From contig CAZWJX010000007.1 in NCBI GenBank assembly GCA_964634695.1, positions 1-30,461 on the forward strand: a stretch of DNA of 30,461 bases, given 5' to 3'. Both the position numbers and the translations under genes were made by a program. The notes under the pieces were generated by a model. It did no database searches, was not told the origin of the DNA, and saw nothing but the letters and a program-made list of their open reading frames with translations. Each line of letters starts with the position of its first letter. Within the stretch, counting starts at the first letter, position 1. Below, piece after piece: positions 24,527 through 30,461 of this stretch. The DNA is from an uncultured Syntrophobacterales bacterium (lineage in GTDB: Bacteria > Desulfobacterota > Syntrophobacteria > Syntrophobacterales > Thermodesulforhabdaceae).

Positions 24527-25635
24527 CGCGGTTTCACCCAGGGAGCATCTTCTTTCCATTTTATGACGGCGTCTGCAGGCAGACCGGGCGTCAAGCGATG
24601 ATCGGGATTTTCATCCAGGTAGAGCCTCACGGCAAACACGAGCTTTACGCGTTCATCGGGAGTCTGAACCTCCTTTGGTGTGAATTGAGCTCTGGATGCG
24701 ATGTATTTAACGGTAGCAGGGAAAAACGCTTCGGGGAAGGCATCTACATATATACGGGCAGGAAGGCCAAGTCGGACCTTACCTATATCTTTCTCGGGAA
24801 CGTAAACTTGAAGGTAGAGCCGATCCAGATTCACAATATCAAAAAGGGGCGTTCCTGCCGTTATAACTTCTCCCATATCAACCATGCGGTTGGTCACCAC
24901 ACCGGAGGTAGGGGCACAGATGGTGAGATCGTTCAGAGTGGCTTCGGCCTCCCGGAGAGCGGCCCGAGCCTGCTCAAGTTGAGCGGAGATAGCTTCCACT
25001 TCAGCTTCTTTTGTTTTAATGCGATCGTAGCCGAGAAGAGCCTGAGCAAGCTGTTTTTCTGCTGTCTTTACAGCTTCCTGAGCTGAACGCAACTGGTTCA
25101 TAGCCACTTTACGAGAGAGATCGGCCTGTTCAAAACGGCGTTTATCAATTGCGCCTGATGAAAAAAGCTTCTCATAACGCATGGCGTCACGTTCGGCCTG
25201 TTCGGCCTGAATCTGGGCAGAGGCATGAGCCGCTCGAGCCTGAGACAGCGCAGCTCTGGCCGTTTCCACCGCTAGCGGCACGTCTTTTCGGAGTAAGTCT
25301 AAGGTAAACTGTGAGGCTTTAAGCTGTGCTTCCAGTGTGGAAACTGCCTGCCTAGCCTGATCGACTCTGGCAGAAATCTGAGCATCATCAAGCCGGGCAA
25401 CTATTTGACCTTCCTGAACGGTATCGCCTTCACGAACAAACATTTCAACGATCTTTCCCGGGACCTTGCTAGATACGGTAAATCGATCGCCTTCAATACG
25501 ACCGTTTGCTTGTATGAGTCCTTCGGGTAGGGAAGGTTTACGGAAAAAGCTTAAAGCGATAAGTGTGGCTATGGACGCTGCGATGACCACTATTACGACA
25601 AAAGCCCTTGAGCCTGAGAAAATCCGCTTAATCAT
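24520..25635 (-). CDS. HlyD family membrane-fusion/periplasmic adaptor protein (YbhG/YhiI-like), 371 aa from ATG 25635
   Basis: N-terminal TM, ANGRIEG, VREGDTVQEGQIVARLD, coiled hairpin, AQFTPKEVQTPDERVKLVF, PGLPAD; GAGGGG SD. Confidence 0.9.
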   Translation of the reverse strand: MIKRIFSGSRAFVVIVVIAASIATLIALSFFRKPSLPEGLIQANGRIEGDRFTVSSKVPGKIVEMFVREGDTVQEGQIVARLDDAQISARVDQARQAVSTLEAQLKASQFTLDLLRKDVPLAVETARAALSQARAAHASAQIQAEQAERDAMRYEKLFSSGAIDKRRFEQADLSRKVAMNQLRSAQEAVKTAEKQLAQALLGYDRIKTKEAEVEAISAQLEQARAALREAEATLNDLTICAPTSGVVTNRMVDMGEVITAGTPLFDIVNLDRLYLQVYVPEKDIGKVRLGLPARIYVDAFPEAFFPATVKYIASRAQFTPKEVQTPDERVKLVFAVRLYLDENPDHRLTPGLPADAVIKWKEDAPWVKPRW

Positions 25636-25758
25636 TGTCCGATCCCCTCGCATTTGAGACTGTTTCGAATCAGACTAGCATCCGGGGAAATATATCACGG
25701 GACAGCAGACGGTTGAATACAATTAAATGACAAGCGATGGATATTTTTTCAGACTGAA

Positions 25759-26099
25759 GAGATTGCCACGGCTACTTCGCAGCCTCGAAATGACACCAGC
25801 ATGCGTCATTGCGAGGAGCGAAGCGACGAAGCAATCTCTGAGATTGCCACGCGCCCTTCGGGCGCTCGCAATGACGTAACGCATGTGTCATTGCGAGGAG
25901 CGAAGCGACGAAGCAATCTCGCCGTTGCGAGGGCTTTTTCCTGTCATTGCGAGCGAAGCGAAGCAATCTCATAATTGCTTTTTTGTGAGATTGCCACGAC
26001 CACTTCGTGGTCTCGCAATGACGGATTCGGTAGAGATTGCCACGACCGCCTTACGGCGGCCTCGCAATGACGAAATAGGGAACGCAGCCTCGCAATGGC
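25759..26099. repeat. REP/BIME-like array 4 (7 units + 1 partial) between the divergent ABC operon and tRNA-Gly
   Basis: B 25759-25794, A 25805-25838, B 25840-25875, A 25887-25920, A 25943-25970, B 25987-26022, B 26033-26071, partial B 26084-26099. Confidence 0.95.
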
Positions 26100-26190
26100 T
26101 TTCCTTTACCCGTCTAGGTTCTACATGAAATACAATACACCTTGTTGCCATTCCACTAAATCCCTTCTTTCGAACAGGCTCTCAATCCTC

Positions 26191-26219
26191 TTGACTAGAA
26201 AACTTTTTTGGGTTATTAA
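26191..26219 (+). promoter_or_regulatory. Putative sigma70 promoter of tRNA-Gly
   Basis: TTGACT (26191-26196), 17-nt spacer, TATTAA (26214-26219), ending 17 nt before the tRNA. Confidence 0.4.
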
Positions 26220-26236
26220 ATTTCTGGTTCAAACGA

Positions 26237-26311
<75 letters not shown>

Positions 26312-26333
26312 TCTCAAAAAAGAAAAAATCAGG

Positions 26334-27344
26334 ATGCTCAGCAGAAAAGAGTGCCTTCGCAGATTCTACCACCAGTTCCAGCCAGAAGACAATGTTTTAA
26401 TAACCATAGATCCGGATCCCGATGCAATAGCGTCGGCTTTAGCTGTGAAAAGGCTATTGTGGCATCATGTTAAAGAAGTTCATATAGCCACAATCAGACC
26501 CATAAGACGCTGGAACAACATAACAATGGTAAAATTACTCAAAATACAGATGGAGGATTTTAACTCCATCTCTCTCGACAAGTATTCAAAGTTTGTTCTT
26601 GTGGACGGTCAGGCTCATCATAACGATGTTTTTAAGTCCTTATCTTACAACGTCATCATAGATCACCACCCCTTACCTGAACCTACCTACCCGTGTTATC
26701 CAACAGAGTGTAACATCGAAAAAAAGCCTTTTGTTGATATACGCCCGACATACGGCTCCACATCAACAATTCTCACGGAATATCTGAAGGCTAAAGGCAT
26801 AAAACCATCCAGAACACTTGCCACAGCTCTTGCCTACGGCATTAAAACCGACACAAGAAACTTTGAAAGACAAACCATAGAAGAAGATATAAGATCTTTT
26901 TTGTTCCTCTATCCCTACGTCAATCGCCATGTTCTGAACAAAATTGAAATATCCGATCTATCCGTCGAAGATCTCAAATATTTCGATGATGCGCTGAAAC
27001 ATTACACAGTAACCAAACACCGGATACTGGTATGCCTGGATGAAGTGCCGTCGCATGATATTCTCGTAATACTTTCCGAATTCTTCCTTAAACTTCACGA
27101 AATTTCCTTCAGTATTGTTGCTGGCATAGTGGATAGCTCTCTTATCGTAGTGGGAAGAAGTGACGGCAGAAAACACGTGGGAGAATTTCTAAAAAAAGCC
27201 TTTGGCAATGCAGGATCTGCTGGAGGCCATGCCGCCATGGGAAAGGCCGAAATTCCTCTGGAATATCTAAGAAAAAAATATTCGGTTCCCAGATGCGGAC
27301 GCACCATCATCCAGAAGTTTCTTAATGAAGCAATGGCGTATTGA
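26334..27344 (+). CDS. DHH family phosphoesterase (NrnA-like)
   Basis: DPDPDAIASA, VLVDG, IIDHH, GSTSTI, GIKTDT, GSAGGH. Confidence 0.88.
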   Translation: MLSRKECLRRFYHQFQPEDNVLITIDPDPDAIASALAVKRLLWHHVKEVHIATIRPIRRWNNITMVKLLKIQMEDFNSISLDKYSKFVLVDGQAHHNDVFKSLSYNVIIDHHPLPEPTYPCYPTECNIEKKPFVDIRPTYGSTSTILTEYLKAKGIKPSRTLATALAYGIKTDTRNFERQTIEEDIRSFLFLYPYVNRHVLNKIEISDLSVEDLKYFDDALKHYTVTKHRILVCLDEVPSHDILVILSEFFLKLHEISFSIVAGIVDSSLIVVGRSDGRKHVGEFLKKAFGNAGSAGGHAAMGKAEIPLEYLRKKYSVPRCGRTIIQKFLNEAMAY

Positions 27345-27347
27345 CTT

Positions 27348-27803
27348 ATGAAAAATAATCCCCTGAAAGAAGTTGAAATTTACACCGACGGAGCCTGTAG
27401 TGGAAATCCAGGGCCCGGCGGTTGGGCAGCAATAATAAAGCGTGAAAACGAAACAGAGGAAATCTGGGGCTTTGATCCCAAAACCACTAACAATCGCATG
27501 GAACTCATATCCGTCATAGAAGCGCTTAAGAAAATCAAAGAGGCCAGCAAGATTCGGATATATACTGATTCCCGCTACCTTAAGGAAGGCATCACTTCCT
27601 GGATAGAAAAATGGCAAAGAAATGGTTGGAAAACCTCTTCAGGAACGCCTGTAAAAAATAGGGACCTCTGGGAACTTCTTCTTAAGCTGGCCAGTCCTCA
27701 CCAGATTGAATGGCACTGGATTCCCGGACACAGCAATCATCCAGAAAATACAAGATGTGACGCACTTGCTCGCCAGGCCATAAAGAAATGCCAGAGTGCT
27801 TGA
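27348..27803 (+). CDS. rnhA: Ribonuclease HI
   Basis: IYTDGACSGNPGPGGW, TTNNRMEL, YTDSRY, WQRNGWKT, VKNRDLW, WIPGHS, NTRCDALA. Confidence 0.96.
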   Translation: MKNNPLKEVEIYTDGACSGNPGPGGWAAIIKRENETEEIWGFDPKTTNNRMELISVIEALKKIKEASKIRIYTDSRYLKEGITSWIEKWQRNGWKTSSGTPVKNRDLWELLLKLASPHQIEWHWIPGHSNHPENTRCDALARQAIKKCQSA

Positions 27804-27830
27804 AAGCCTATCAGGCTGACTTCGATACTA

Positions 27831-28136
27831 ACCCGAGTTTGTCAAAGCATTTTTAAGCTGTTGAAATCATTGGATGTTGGTCAAAGATTTATAGTGCCTC
27901 GCAAGGACTTTAGTGAGAGCTTTAGTAAAAGATTGCCACGGCTGCTTCGCAGCCTCGCAATGACGGTTAGTAACTGTCATTGCGAGCCGGAGCGTAGCGA
28001 AGGCGAAGCAATCTCGTCATTATAATAAAATGATGAGATTGCCACGCGCCCTTCGGGCGCTCGCAATGACGTAATGCATGTGTCATTGCTAGGAGCGAAG
28101 CGACGAAGCAACCTCTTTGTTGCAACAATCTCGGGT
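27831..28136. mobile_element. MITE-like element carrying REP array 5, with 12-bp terminal inverted repeats
   Basis: ACCCGAGTTTGT (27831-27842) / ACAATCTCGGGT (28125-28136), 11/12 inverted match; ends homologous to 13770-14353; flanks TA and CA; reconstructed site contains CTAG. Confidence 0.6.
27929..28115. repeat. REP/BIME-like array 5 (4 units)
   Basis: B 27929-27964, A 27976-28015, B 28035-28070, A 28082-28115. Confidence 0.95.
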
Positions 28137-28163
28137 CAGGGCACGGTGTGCCGTGCCCCTGCC
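28136..28163 (-). repeat. Second palindrome type, degenerate GTAG-like REP
   Basis: Minus strand GCAG-GGGCACGG-CACA-CCGTGCCC-TGA; perfect 8-bp stem 28139-28146/28151-28158. Confidence 0.5.
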
Positions 28164-28197
28164 AGTTAGCCTGTTTCCAGCTTCCAGAATCGCTATA

Positions 28198-30273
28198 TTA
28201 AGCCGTAGCGGCAATAGGTTCTACAGTTTCGTCCTCTACTTTCGACACTCTTATTGCACAAACCTTTAATTCAGGAATTTTAGCTATGGGATCAAGAGCT
28301 GTATTTGTTAGCCGATTTGCTGCCGCCTCGGCAAAATGAAATGGCATAAAGATAACTCCTCGCTTTATCGATTTTGTGACAAATGCCCGAGTTGTTATAG
28401 CACCCCGGCGGCTTTCGAGTTTCACCATATCGCCATCTCTAATTCCAAGATTTGCAGCATCTTCCGGATGAATTTCCATATAGGGCTCGTTAAGTTCCCT
28501 TACCAGATGGAAAGACCGGCGTGTCATCGTTCCCGTATGGTAGTGCACATAAACCCGTCCTGTGGTCAGCCAGAAAGGATACTCTTCGTCGGGCTCTTCA
28601 GCAGGCTCTTTGTATTCGACAGGATGAAACAGTCCCTTACCTCTGGCGAACTGTCCTCTATGAAGGATAGGAGTCCCTGGATGATCCGGTGTAGGACATG
28701 GCCAGATCAATCCACCGGGTTCTCTGTCGAGCCTCTCATAGGAAATTCCCGCATAGGATGGCGTAAGAGAGGCAAGCTCTCGGAATATTTCTTCGGCCGA
28801 GGCATAATTCATCTGGTATCCGAGCCTGACAGCCAGATCCTGAAATATTGCCCACTCTACACGACTTGAACCTACCGGTTCTATGGCTTTCCTGACGCGC
28901 TGAACACGGCGTTCTGAATTAGTGAAGGTGCCGTCTTTTTCGGCAAAAGACACGCCCGGAAGCACAACGTGAGCAAGCTCCGTAGTTTGAGTTGGGAAAA
29001 TATCGATTACTACAATCAGTTCCAGCTTCTTCAAGGCTTCTTCTACATGATGTGTATCGGGATCGCTTACCATAGGATTTTCGCCCATTATCACCAGTGC
29101 CTTAAGCTTTCCTTCCAGAGCAGCATTTGTCATTTCGACGATGGTAAGTCCAACTTCGGAAGAAAGGTTAACTCCCCACGCTTTTTCGAATTTTTCCTTA
29201 TTAGCCGGAACACTTACGACCTGATAGCCAGGATAAACATTCGGCAAGCCTCCAACATCACAGGCCCCCTGAACGTTGTTCTGCCCGCGAAGAGGATTAA
29301 CCCCTGTGGATGGCCTCCCAACGTGTCCGCAAAGCATAGCTAAATTTGCAAGACTCTTTACGTTGTCGACTCCCGTTGTGTGTTGAGTTATCCCCATGCA
29401 GTAAATAATCGAGCTGCTTTCGGACTTTGCATAGTATTCGGCAATCTTTACGATGTCATCTTCCGGAACTTCTGTTATTTTCGAAACCAGCGACGGTGGA
29501 TATTTTTCGATAACTTCAACCAGTGCCTCAAAGTTTTCCGTGCGCTCTTCAACGAATTCTCGATTGTACCACCCTTCTTTGTAAATGACATGCATTATAC
29601 CATTTATCAAGGCAACGTCCGTTCCCAGTCGATGCTGCACGTAAATGTCGGCAAAACTTCCCAGATGAATCTTTCTTGGATCTGCCACGATGAGCCTGGC
29701 GCCTTTTGCTTTCGCTGTGTAAATCCTGGTTGCAACAAGAGGATGTGCAACCGTAGTGTTGGATCCTATCACAAAAATGCACCTGGCGTCCTCAGTCTCG
29801 GGAAAAGAGTTTGTCATAGCTCCGCTTCCAAGAGATGCGGCAAGACCTGCCACGGTAGAAGAATGTCAGAGGCGGGCGCAATGGTCCACGTTGTTTGTGC
29901 CGATCACGGCACGAGCAAACTTCTGGGCTACATAATTGTCTTCATTGGTGCACTTTGCGCTAACGAAAAAGCCTACACTATCCGGCCCATAATTGCTCTT
30001 GATGCGAGCAAGCTCTTTTGCCACATAATCAAGAGCCTCATCCCACGAGACCGGTTCAAGCCCTCCATTCTTCCTGAGTAGCGGATCAGTAAGACGTGCC
30101 GGATGATGTATAAATTCGTGGACATTCCATCCCTTAATGCAAAGCTTGCCTTCATTTACAGGATTTGACTTAACCGGAATGGTTCTAACAACCTTCCCCC
30201 CCAGAACTTCTAACGCTACTCCACATCCGCAACCACAATATGTGCAAACAGTTGGCACAATACGATAATCCAT
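28198..30273 (-). CDS. fdhF: Selenocysteine-containing formate dehydrogenase alpha subunit (FdhF-type, Mo/W-bis-PGD), 691 aa; joins track ORFs 29866-30297 and 28198-29853
   Basis: CTYCGCGC...LCIKG [4Fe-4S] motif; NNVDHCARL-TGA(29868-29866)-HSSTVAGLAASLGSGAMTNS; PLRGQNNVQGACD; molybdopterin dinucleotide-binding C-terminus; AGGAGG SD before ATG 30273; no Tat signal. Confidence 0.93.
29837..29865 (-). promoter_or_regulatory. Bacterial SECIS element
   Basis: After UGA: CAUUCUUCUACC, then stem GUGGCA / loop GGUCU / UGCCGC. Spacing and the apical GCAGGUCU sequence resemble the E. coli fdhF SECIS. Confidence 0.85.
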
Positions 30274-30372
30274 TCCTATCCCCCTCCTGATAGGCAAATT
30301 ATACGATTACCTGTACGGAAAATGTATATCACAAAAATTTAAACCGTGACTAGAGTTTTGGTTTAATTTTTT

Positions 30373-30461
30373 GAAGGCCGGGGAGGCGAAGCGGTCTCGT
30401 TATTTTATGAGATTGCCACGGCCACTTCGTGGCCTCGCAATGACACCTACACTCGTCATTG
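30373..30461. repeat. REP/BIME-like array 6 (truncated by window edge)
   Basis: Degenerate A ~30373-30398, B 30409-30444, start of A (GTCATTG) at 30455-30461. Confidence 0.9.

Noticed and set aside
29866-29868. fdh as a nonsense pseudogene or two separate genes
   Set aside because: UGA is at the conserved Sec position and is followed by a SECIS-like hairpin.
30301-30360. Crp/HcpR, Rex or ModE box upstream of fdh
   Set aside because: Only a half-site (TCACAA at 30329-30334) is present, with no matching second half at the required spacing.

Overview
30.5 kb bacterial chromosomal window. The gene content (Sec-containing formate dehydrogenase, glutaredoxin + ferredoxin:thioredoxin reductase, rubrerythrin, Crp/Fnr regulator) suggests an anaerobic deltaproteobacterium/Thermodesulfobacteriota; this is inference. 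From left to right: (1) the 3' end and right end of a TnpB-encoding IS with its omega-RNA region; (2) an AT-rich five-gene operon encoding a MotA/TolQ/ExbB-type protein, two paralogous divergent ExbD-like proteins, a lipoprotein and a membrane-anchored TPR-like protein, which matches no classical Mot/Tol/Exb/Zorya layout I recognise; (3) hypothetical and secreted proteins; (4) a frameshifted small HTH gene, a frameshifted GH46/lysozyme-like + peptidoglycan-binding hydrolase and a permuted NlpC/P60 gene; (5) a redox cluster; (6) dedA; (7) livKHMGF; (8) an HlyD + dual-ATPase + two-permease ABC exporter operon; (9) tRNA-Gly(GCC), a DHH phosphoesterase and rnhA; (10) a selenocysteine fdhF-type gene with SECIS. 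About 33 full copies of a GTCATTGCGAG...GCAATCTC palindromic repeat lie in six BIME-like mosaic arrays plus one solitary copy. They show stem covariation, reused linkers and near-uniform strand polarity. Two arrays sit inside a MITE-like shell with shared ends at a reconstructed CTAG target. The many short ORFs called over these arrays are artefacts. All product calls come from motif recognition by eye, with no database search.
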